Assembly (NCBI GenBank): GCA_032718475.1
Contig: JAUCBJ010000595.1
Location: forward strand, 1-63,033
Direction of reading: 5' to 3'
Length of the DNA stretch: 63,033 nucleotides
Source of the DNA: Nemertoderma westbladi
Taxonomy: Eukaryota; Animalia; Xenacoelomorpha
This document shows positions 43,601 to 55,600 of this stretch, piece after piece. Made by a program: the position numbers and the translations under genes. Every line of letters begins with the position of its first letter. Within the stretch, counting starts at the first letter, position 1. Under the pieces are notes generated by a model. The model searched no databases and had not been told where the DNA came from. It was given only the letters and a program-made list of their open reading frames with translations.

Positions 43601-46600
43601 TTTGGCCGGATTTCCATTTCAGCGAATTGTTGACAAATTTAGAATTAATGTAAATTTTCGAAAAAAAACATCAAAATAAATTTTCTTTTAAATTCAAACA
43701 AATTTAAACATAAGAAAATACAATGGAAAACAATACCAAGTTTCTATCATATTCATTCATATTATGAATTTGATAAAGTCTAAAGCAGATCTATCATTTT
43801 ATGATTATCTACATGCTGAGCTGACTGACTAGTTTTTACCAATAACATTTGTATTTGGTTGGGCTCAGCCTCACTAACACTTAATATAATAGTACACTGA
43901 TGCCCATATACTAATTATAACTGGTCAATAATTATTAAATTGTCCCAGCGCGCAAGCGTTGGATGTTAGGTCTAGGTATTGTTATAAATTAATTCTGTTT
44001 AATTACTTATAATTGTTATAAATTAGTTTATATATTTAGATATAAGTGTAATAATAGTATAAGTAAAAATAAAATATATATAATATATAAGTTTATATAT
44101 TCGACAGGCTATTTAGAAACTTTTGTAATTCCAATTTAAATCAGAGAGTATAAAAAACTACAGCTATTATTACGGTATTACGGTACTTCGTTCTATTTTT
44201 CCAATTTGCACTTTTTTATTTAATTTCATTTTCATATTTACATTTAACAATATCAAATCAATCCATTATATCAAATATAAAATCGGCGTAGGTTACTGTT
44301 ACTGTAATGACCTGATGTATCTCTAATGACGCAAATAGACCAGCAAATATCTGTGGAGGACCAACTTAATATGACTTAATTTCAAACATTAATGGAAAGG
44401 AAAAAGTTACATTGTCGATGTTTTATAACAAAAAAAAAATATTTCATATGCTACCAATTTGCGCTGGAGTTTACTCTTTCCTTGCGTTCAATGTGAGCCA
44501 CTTTGCGCGCCACTCTTTCACTTGCGGTCAATGTGCGCCACTTTGAGCGCCACTCTTTCCTTGCAGTCAATGTGCGCCACTTTGAGCGCCACTCTTTCCT
44601 TGCGTTCAATGTGAGCCACTTTGCGCGCCACTCTTTCACTTGCGGTCAATGTGCGCCACTTTGAGCGCCACTCTTTTCTTGCGGTCAATGTGCGCCACTT
44701 TGAGCGCCACTCTTTCCTAGCGTTCAATGTGAGCCACTTTGCGCGCCACTCTTTCACTTGCGGTCAATGTGCGCCACATTGAGAGCCACACTTTCACTTG
44801 CGGTCAATGTGCGCCACTTTGAGTGCCACGCTTTCCTTGCGGTCAATGTCCGCCACTTTGTTCTAGCAATCCGATTGAGCCACGAATTCATTTCTCCCGT
44901 TAGTAACCTGTTATTCGCAGAGTAGCTATTAACACTAACCTATGGACAACTCAAATTCCACCGGGTCGTCTATTTCGGCCACCATAGTCGCCTCGAAGAA
45001 AGCTCCGAACAGTTTAAATTGGCGTCGTCGCATGAATGACTGTAAAACATACAGATAATACAGATAAAAGAAGCATAAAGTTAAAACAGCGAAATGTTAA
45101 TACGTCGTCTGATACATTCAATTTAAATTAAATACAATTTACAACAAATAAAATTGGAAAATTTAAATACGTAAATATTAATTAAGCTGTTTAAATATAA
45201 ATATTAATAAAAATAATAACAATAATAATAATAATTATTATTATATTAATTATTGAATAAATATTAAAAATGAATCGATGTTATCTGATTTTTATTTTTT
45301 TTCAATAATAATTAAAAATGTGTATTTTAATCTACAAAGTCCCGTTTTAGCTTCGGCACCTACCTACTACGAGGCTGCATTCACCTGGGACCTTTGAACC
45401 TGGGACTCACCTGAACTTTGTTCGGATTTGAACCTGGGACTCACCTGAACTTTTTTTGGATTTGAACCTGGGACTCACCTGAACTTTTTTCGGATTTGAA
45501 CCTGGGACTCACCTGAACTTTGTTCGGATTTGAACCTGGGACTCACCTGAACTTTGTTCGGATTTGAACCTGGGACTCACCTGAACTTTTTTTGGATTTG
45601 AACCTGGGACTCACCTGAACTTTTTTCGGATTTGAACCTGGGACTCACCTGAACTTTGTTCGGATTTGAACCTGGGACTCACCTGAACTTTGTTCGGATT
45701 TGAACCTGAGACTCACCTGAACTTTGTTCGGATTTGAACCTGGGACTCACCTGAACTTTGTTCGGATTTGAACCTGGAACTCACCTGAACTTTGTTCGGA
45801 TTTGAACCTGAGACTCACCTGAACTTTGATCGGATTTGAACCTGAGACTCACCTGAACTTTGTTCGGATTAGAACCTGGGACTCACCTGAACTTTGCTCG
45901 GATTTGAACCTGAGACTCACCTGAACTTTGTTCGGATTTGAACCTGGAACTCACCTGAACTTTAACTAAATCTTCTTGATCCAGCTCCAGTACTGCGTGT
46001 TTCTTATCAGGTAATTCGCCCAAAGTTGTTCCCAATTCAATAAGAATTCTTCCTCGATATGCGCAGCCAATTCCCTAAACAAAGTCCAAACCAGATACAC
46101 GATTACAGATACTTAAAGACTGCCAATTAATGTAAACCCAAAAAAATTGCAATTTTATTCTTAAATTTTGTAACTTTTCCAATCCAAAAATAGAGAGAAA
46201 AGGAGTACTTTAAAACTCAAAAGTTATTGCAACTAAAGTGTCTACAACTGCAAGGCGAACTCCAAAACGGAACTCAATATCCAATATTGGTTTTATTGTA
46301 GTGAAGCGGTTCTCTAGTTACGTTAGAAATATTCGAGAACACTAAATTATTTAACATTGAGTAAAGCAGCATTGTTGTTTGGCACTGTCAATCAACAAAA
46401 AACATTTCAGGTACAATTATTGTATTACTATTCTTCCTCCACCACAAATAATTAATTGTTGACAACATTAAGGGGGGGGGGGGGGGGGGGGGGGTGGGGG
46501 GTAGCACCCCCTTAAATAAATAACCAAACCAGAAACAGTTAAAGAAATAATAAAGAAAACGCAACGGGGTTTCCAAGGCGAAAAAGTGCTTAATTATACA

Positions 46601-49600
46601 AAAACAATCAGTTAGAATAATCACAGTAATTTATCACTAAATTGAGACAAGAATAGCCAACATGCAGCAGTCACTGGTATATGGTGAAATTATGGGCGAA
46701 AAGGGTTGATAACCTTCACCATGCTGACACCGGAATATGGTAAAACCAAGCGCAAAATATGTAGGCTGATAACATACACCAAAACATATTGGATGCAGGG
46801 AAAAGAACAAGTAGTGCGATTTGAAAAAACATAATTATATAATTATATACGAAACGTTCCGGATCGAAATAATTATGTTTTTTCAAGTCGCACTACTTGT
46901 TTTTTTCTGTTTTAAATTACGATATCCTCCTGGGATCACCATAACTTCGATATTGGATGCAGTCACCGGAATATAGTAAAAATGATGGGCGAAAAATGTT
47001 GATAACCTTCACCATGCAGTCACCAGAATATTGTGAAATTATGGGCGAAAAGGGGATAACCTTCACCATGCAGTCACCGGAATATGGTAAAAATGATGGG
47101 CGAAAAATGTTGATAACCTTCACCATGCAGTCACCAGAATATTGTGAAATTATGGGCGAAAAGGGGATAACCTTCACCATGCAGTCACCAGAATATTGTG
47201 AAATTATGGGCGAAAAGGGGATAACCTTCACCATGCAGTCACCGGAATATTGTGAAATTATGGGCGAAAAGGGGATAACCTTCACCATGCAGTCACCAGA
47301 ATATTGTGAAATTATGGGCGAAAAGGGGATAACCTTCACCATGCAGTCACCAGAATATGTCAGTTGTTTCTCAGCTATTATTGGACTGCCGACACCCGCC
47401 GACTCACTTTTCCCATATTTAGATCGTCAAACTGATCTGGGAGATCTGAATACTCCCTGGTGGATCCGTACATGTTCATATAACAGGGTCCGAAGGTAGG
47501 GAGGAATCCATCGTCCCCAGGTACCGATATCGAGGACAGATGGATGAAACATGTCCCTATTGTATCGTCCTTGGACATTTGGTCCCTATAGTGACATAAA
47601 CATCAAATCATTGGATATAGCTGTTTCCTAGCAACTCTAATAACAATATCCAATTTTCACAGAAGAAAACGTTTCAGACGATGTTTATATATTTCAATTA
47701 TGCTGATAAAACAAACCGTAAATATGTATTCCAAAAGTGTCGACATTGTCAGTGGCACTCACAATAAAATGAATTAATAAAACTTGTGTTTAACACCCTT
47801 TGATTAACTTTAACATGATTAACAATACTACTACTACTACTATCGGCATGCTGCATTGCAGCTGCATTATATAGATTACGTAAACATTAAGAATGCTGTG
47901 ACGGAGAGTCGATAAAATCGCGCCGACACAACTCTATCACCCATGACATTTGCTAGATCATCCGCATCATCAAGTTCAGTGTCCTTTAAGATACGTCTCA
48001 AGAAAGTCATGGGCTGTCCACCATGCTTATTCACTCCATGAGGCTGCCAAAGTACAAGATTATGCACTGGCTGGTCCTCACAGCGAAAGCAATGTCCTGC
48101 AAAGCGGGGGCGGATCTCTTCAAGTGTCAAGCTAGATGAGACGAATGAAACACGTAAGGTTGTATAGAGTTTGATTGGATATGTATTCATTGTACTTGAC
48201 ACAATGAACCCGGAGTAGTAATCTTGTGAAAGTGGCATCCAGAGATTTGGTATACTCTGCGCAGTTAGAGCCCAGCATGGACTCCCATATAAGAGTAATG
48301 GGTCTACTACAAGCAGATTAAACCCCTAGAATAATAAAAATTATCGACCCGGGCCGAAAATATACGAGACGGTTGATTGGTGAAGTCCGGGGTGGTCATA
48401 ACGGACGGACCGTGTTACCTTGCAGATGATGTGAATACTCTGGGTATATCGGAGCGAATTTAATCAAAATATCAAGAAACCACGTGAACGTTTGGGTCTA
48501 ACCCGAGCAATATTTACAACCATAAAAGTTGATTAAATCAAATTACAGTTGGTAACAGCAACAGAGGCCTAATCATAGACCTCTATAAGCAAACAATAGT
48601 TGTTAGTAAATAAGCGACATAAATGATCAACCCCAGAATGTAAATATTTCCAGATTAACTTTTATCCGGGTACCTTTCCTTTGTTCATGTTGTCGAACTC
48701 TTTACTATCCCCCTGCTCCCTGGGGGATCCGTAGAGGTTTACGAAGCAGGGCCCGTACGTCGGGGTGTACCCTTCTGTCTCATCGGTACTCGAGACTTGA
48801 GAGATATATATAGTGGCCGTCGCTACGGTATCATCACGACCTGCTCTGTCCCTATAACAATGCGTTTAATGCTCAAAGTAACTTACCGGTAATTTGATAA
48901 TTAATCAATCTGTTAAGACTATGTATTATTATTAATTACAATAATTCGTTTTAATTATTCAACCTAGCCGCCTAAGAGGATATGAAACCCTATTTTTTTT
49001 TATTTAGTGTGTACTGTAGGCCTTTGTCCGCGATCTTATTTATACATTTAGATAATGAACATGCCCTCACACTCAATAGGAGTCAGCGAATATGTACACT
49101 ACAATCAAAAACGAGGATGTCCTTTTATAAGGGCGCTGTCGATATTTGGGTTTTTACTAAAATATAGTTTATTGAAAATAAATTAGCTAAAGATTGAATG
49201 CTGAACTAACCAGTCCAATACACTGAGTTTAATCCTGTCGCACATGGACGGGAACTTTAACCCTAATCGCAGCTCTTGGCTCCATTCCGGCGTGTAACTC
49301 GACGTTATAACTTTCGTCTTGGCTTTTTTTCCCGCGAAATGGAATACCATATATGGATCTACAAGGTCTTTATTATCCTCTCCTACCCCGAGTATCTTCT
49401 TAACGCCTTGGAACGTACCGGTGTCCACTGCGAAAGGAACAACAACGGGTTTCAGTGCCAGAAAATATTAAATATGTCTCCAACTACAGTATCATGGATA
49501 TGATCTCCTAACTTTACATAGTACTAATAACTCTATAGCCGACAATTAAATTTATCTCTTGAGTCAGATAACTAACTCTAGTCAGTACACTAACACTAGC

Positions 49601-52600
49601 CAGTACACTAACTATAGCCAGTACACTAACTCTAGCCAGTACACTAACTCTAGACAGTACACTAACTCTAGTCAGAACACTAACTCTAGTCAGTACACTA
49701 ACACTAGCCAGTACACTAACTATAGCCAGTACACTAACTCTAGCCAGTACACTAACTCTAGACAGTACACTAACTCTAGTCAGAACACTAACTCTAGTCA
49801 GTACACTAACTCTAGTCAGTACACTAACTCTAGCCAGTACACTAACTCTAGTCAGTACACTAACTCTAGTCAGTACACTAACTCAAGTCAGTACACTAAC
49901 TCTAGCCAGTACACTAACTCTAGTCAGTACACTAACTCTAGCCAGTACACTAACTCAAGTCAGTACACTAACTCTAGTCAGTACACTAACTATAGCCAGT
50001 ACACTAACTCTAGCCAGTACACTAACTCTAGACAGTACACTAACTCTAGTCAGAACACTAACTCTAGTCAGTACACTAACTCTAGTCAGTACACTAACTC
50101 TAGCCAGTACACTAACTCTAGTCAGTGCACTAACTCTAGTCAGTACACTAACTCAAGTCAGTACACTAACTCTAGCCAGTACACCAACTCTAGTCAGTAC
50201 ACTAACTCTAGCCAGTACACTAACTCAAGTCAGTACACTAACTCTAGTCAGTACACTAACTCTAGCCAGTACACTAACTTTAGTCAGTACACTAACTCTA
50301 GTCAGTACACTAACTCCCGAAGTACACTAACTCTAGTCAGTACACTAACTCTAGCCAGTACACTAACTCTAGTCAGTACAATAACTATAGCCAGTACACT
50401 AACTCTAGTCAGTACACTAACTCTAGTCAGTACACGAACTATAGCCAGTACACTAACTCTAGTACACTAATTCTAGCCAGTACACTAACTCTAGTCAGTA
50501 CACTAACTCTAGCCAGTACACTAACTCTAGTCAGTACAATAACTATAGCCAGTACACTAACTCTAGCCAGTAGACTAACTCTAGTCAGTACACTAACTAT
50601 GGCCAGTACACTAACTCTAGTCAGTACACTAACTATAGCCAGTACACTAACTCTAGTACACTAATTCTAGCCAGTACACTAACTCTAGTCAGTACACTAA
50701 CTCTAGCCAGTACACTAACTCTAGCCAGTACACTAATTCTAGTCAGTACACTAACTCTAGTCAGTACACTAACTCTTGCTAGTACACTAACTCTAGCCAG
50801 TACACTAACTCTAGCCAGTACACTAACTCTAGTCAGTACACTAACTCTAGTCAGTACACTAACTCTAGTCAGTACACTAACTCTAGTCAGTACACTAACT
50901 CTAGTCAGTACACTAACTCTAGCCGGTACACTAACTCTAGCCAGTACACTAACTCTAGTCAGTACACTAACTCTAGTCAGTACACTAACTCTAGCCGGTA
51001 CACCAACTCTAGCCAGTACACTAACTCTAGCCGGTACACTAACTCTAGTCAGTACACTAACTCTAGCCAGTACACTAACTCTAGTCAGTACACTAACTCT
51101 AGTCAGTACACTAACTCTAGTCAGTACACTAACTCTAGTCAGTACACTAACTCTAGTCAGTACACTAACTCTAGCCGGTACTCTAACTCTAGCCAGTACA
51201 CTAACTCTAGTCAGTACACTAACTCTAGCCAGTACACTAACTCTAGCCGGTACACTAACTCTAGCCAGTACACTAACTCTAGTCAGTACACTAACGCTAG
51301 CCAGTACACTAACTCTAGTCAGTACACTAACTCTAGTCAGTACACTAACTCTAGTCAGTACACTAACTCTAGCCGGTACACTAACTCCAGTCAGTACACT
51401 AACTCTAGCCGGTACTCTAACTCTAGTCAGTACACTAACTCTAGTCAGTACACTAACTCTAGTCAGTACACTAACTCTAGTCAGTACACTAACTCTAGTC
51501 AGAACACTAACTCTAGCCAGTACACTAACTCTAGTCAGTACACTAACTCTAGTCAGTACACTAACTCTAGCCAGTACACTAACTCTAGCCAGTACACTAA
51601 CTCTAGCTAGTACACTAACTCTAGCCAGTACACTAACTCTAGCCAGTACACTAACTCCAGTCAGTACACTAACTCTAGCCGGTACACTAACTCTAGTCAG
51701 TACACTAACTCTAGTCAGTACACTAACTCTAGTCAGTACACTAACTCTAGTCAGTACACTAACTCTAGTCAGAACACTAACTCTAGCCAGTACATTAACT
51801 CTAGTCAGTACACTAACTCTAGTCAGTACACTAACTCTAGCCAGTACACTAACTCCAGTCAGTACACCAACTCTAGTCAGTACACTAACTCTAGCCGGTA
51901 CACTAACTCTAGCCAGTACACTAACTCTAGTCAGTACACTAACTCTAGTCAGTACACTAACTCTAGCCGGTACACTAACTCTAGCCAGTACACTAACTCT
52001 AGTCAGTACACTAACTCTAGTCAGTACACTAACTCTAGCCAGTACACTAACTCTAGTCAGTACACTAACTCGAGCCAGTACACTAACTCTAGTCAGTACA
52101 CTAACTCTAGTCAGTACACTAACTCTAGCCGGTACACTAACTCTAGCCAGTACACTAACTCTAGTCAGTACACTAACTCTAGTCAGTACACTAACTCTAG
52201 CCAGTACACTAACTCTAGTCAGTACACTAACTCTAGCCAGTACACTAACTCTAGTCAGTACACTAACTCTAGCCGGTACACTAACTCTAGCCAGTACACT
52301 AACTGTAGCCGGTACACTAACTCTAGTCAGTACACTAACTCTAGTCAGTACACTAACTCTAGCCAGTACACTAACTCTAGTCAGTACACTAACTCTAGTC
52401 AGTACACTAACTCTAGTCAGTACACTAACTCAAGTCAGTACACTAACTCTAGTCAGTACACTAACTCTAGTCAGAACACTAACTCTAGCCAGTACACTAA
52501 CTCTAGTCAGTACACTAACTCTAGTCAGTACACTAACTCTAGCCAGTACACTAACTCCAGTCAGTACACCAACTCTAGTCAGTACACTAACTCTAGCCGG

Positions 52601-55600
52601 TACACTAACTCTAGCCAGTACACTAACTCTAGTCAGTACACTAACTCTAGTCAGTACACTAACTCTAGCCGGTACACTAACTCTAGCCAGTACACTAACT
52701 CTATTCAGTACACTAACTCTAGTCAGTACACTAACTCTAGCCAGTACACAAACTCTAGTCAGTACACTAACTCTAGCCAGTACACTAACTCTAGTCAGTA
52801 CACTAACTCTAGTCAGTACACTAACTCTAGCCGGTACACTAACTCTAGCCAGTACACTAACTCTAGTCAGTACACTAACTCTAGTCAGTACACTAACTCT
52901 AGCCAGTACACTAACTCTAGTCAGTACACTAACTCTAGCCAGTACACTAACTCTAGTCAGTACACTAACTCTAGCCGGTACACTAACTCTAGCCAGTACA
53001 CTAACTCTAGTCAGTACACTAACTCTAGCCGGTACACTAACTCTAGTCAGTACACTAACTCTAGTCAGTACACTAACTCTAGCCAGTACACTAACTCTAG
53101 TCAGTACACTAACTCTAGTCAGTACACTAACTCTAGTCAGTACACCAACTCTAGTCAGTAAAACTAACTCTAGCCAGTGCACTAACTCTAGTCAGTAGGC
53201 CTACACTAACTCTGAGGTATATCTTCCCCTCTGTAGGTTTTCAACCAGAATGTCGCCGGCTGTAACTGGGTTCCCGCCGGCGAGAGAAGATTCGACTCTA
53301 TATCGTCGTCTTCGTCGTCGCCGTCCTTATCCTGGGGGGCCTCGTCCCCGGGTCCAAGTACGATCGCCGTGAACTTAAGGTATCCCTTCACCCCTCCCAT
53401 CGGGTCGTCGGGGTCGGTAAGTAGAAGCCATCGGCGTAGAAACGCCCGTTTCGGTTCGTCGTAAATCATACCGACGTCCAACTTAAAGGAGCCGAGAAGC
53501 GAATCGGAACGGAGTTTACGGGAGTTAAACAGCTGGAAGTTGATGATGTCGTCGAAGAGTTCAGTGGGGAGTTTGTTAAAGTTGAAGAAAAATATCTAAA
53601 GATTAAAATAATTTCTGGTAAACAAAGCAGCGTGCGAATGAATATAGCAACTTTTTAATTGCGGAATTTAGAGCGAGACTTCCAATATTTACTTAGTCTA
53701 AACGTTCCACTCTATAGATCGTAACTTATCCATTATATAGTTGGCATACCTCGTTCCATATAGGCTGGGACGTTGACTTTTTCACTTTCGTTTGTTTATT
53801 TTCTTTCCCTATGTTTACTTTCACTACGGGACTGAGCTCCCCACCCGGCAGTTGACGTGCCTCGAAAATTTTAACTCGAACCTGAAATTAGATGAAATTA
53901 AATGAATTACCAAATCTGTAAATATAAATGATTTTAGAATTGTGGGGAATCACTCAGTTGGGAATCAGGTCAGTTGGGAATCACAATCACTCAGTTCCGC
54001 TTTATTTCTACCCCCTGGTAGTCCGTCGCTTTATCGGTTAGTGTCCGATTGCTTTCTACCCACCTAAAAGTCCGTCGGTTTCTCCGGTAGTTTTCCTCGC
54101 GTTTCCGTGCGGACTTCCCACCACCCTGGGTGCCATCCATCCCTCTACCAACCTGGAAGTCCGTCGGTTTCTCCGGTAGTTTGGCTCGCTCGCGTTTCCG
54201 TGCAGCCTTCCCACCACCCTGGGTGCCATCCATCCCTCTACCAACCTGGAAGTCTGTCGGTTTCTCCGGTAGTTTTGCTCGCTCGCGTTTCCGTGCGGCC
54301 TTCCCACCACCCTGGGTGCCATCCATCCCTCTACCAACCTGGAAGTCCGTCGGTTTCTCCGGTAGTTTGGCTCGCTCGCGTTTCCGTGCGGCCTTCCCAC
54401 CACCCAGGGTTCCATCCATCCCTCTACCAACCTGGAAGTCCGTCGGTTTCTCCGGTAGTTTGGCTCGCTCGCGTTTCCGTGCAGCCTTCCCACCACCCTG
54501 GGTGCCATCCATCCCTCTACCAACCTGGAAGTCTGTCGGTTTCTCCGGTAGTTTTGCTCGCTCGCGTTTCCGTGCGGCCTTCCCACCACCCTGGGTGCCA
54601 TCCATCCCTCTACCAACCTGGAAGTCCGTCGGTTTCTCCGGTAGTTTGGCTCGCTCGCGTTTCCGTGCGGCCTTCCCACCACCCTGGGTGCCATCCATCC
54701 CTCTACCAACCTGGAAGTCCGTCGGTTTCTCCGGTAGTTTGGCTCGCTCGCGTTTCCGTGCGGCCTTCCCACCACCCTGGGTTCCATCCATCCCTCTACC
54801 AACCTGGAAATCCGTCGGTTTCTCCGGTAGTTTGGCTCGCTCGCGTTTCCGTGCTGCCTTCCCACCACCCTGGGTTCCATCCATCCCTCTACCAACCTGG
54901 AGGTCTGTCGGTTCTCCGGTAGTTTGGCTCGCTCGCGTTTCCGTGCAGCCTTCCCACCACCCTGGGTTCTATCCATCCCACTACCAACCTGGAAGTCCGT
55001 CGGTTCCTCCGGCAGTTTTGCTCGCTCGCGTTTCCATGCGGCCTTCCCACCACCCTGGGTGCCATCCATCCCTCTACCAACCTGGAAATCCGTCGGTTCC
55101 TCCGGTAGTTTTGCTCGCTCGCGTTTCCGTGCAGCCTTCCCACCACCCTGGGTTCTATCCATCCCACTACCAACCTGGAAGTCCGTCGGTTCCTCCGGCA
55201 GTTTTGCTCGCTCGCGTTTCCGTGCGGCCTTCCCACCACCCTGGGTGCCATCCATCCCTCTACCAACCTGGAAATCCGTCGGTTCCTCCGGTAGTTTTGC
55301 TCGCTCGCGTTTCCGTGCAGCCTTCCCACCACCCTGGGTGCCATCCATCCCTCTACCCACCTGGAAATCCGTCGGTTTCTCCGGTAGTTTTGCTCGCTCG
55401 CGTTTCCGTGCAGCCTTCCCACCACCCAGGGTTCCATCCATCCCACTACCAACCTGGAAGTCCGTCGGTTTCTCCGGTAGTTTTCCTCGCGTTTCCGTGC
55501 GGACTTCCCACCACCTTGGGTGCCATCCATCCCTCTACCCACCTGGAAATCCGTCGGTTTCTCCGGTAGTTTGGCTCGCTCGCGTTTCCGTGCAGCCTTC

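Noticed and set aside
46472-46501. Poly-G tracts (also ~3570 and ~10753) as G-quadruplex elements
   Set aside because: Simple homopolymers common in such genomes and error-prone in length; nothing else supports a function.
44460-47360. 39-bp and 54/57-bp arrays as further splice-site amplifications
   Set aside because: They begin 50-80 bp inside the introns and share no sequence with the adjacent exon junctions.
49559-53182. (TNSSQY)n and (TRVSVL)n ORFs
   Set aside because: 18-bp minisatellite with frameshifting units, non-ATG starts and no splice support.
49568-53210. CACTAAC branch-point/QKI-type motif array
   Set aside because: It lies on the plus strand, antisense to the ferlin transcript, and is simply the reverse complement of the GTTAGTG donor.
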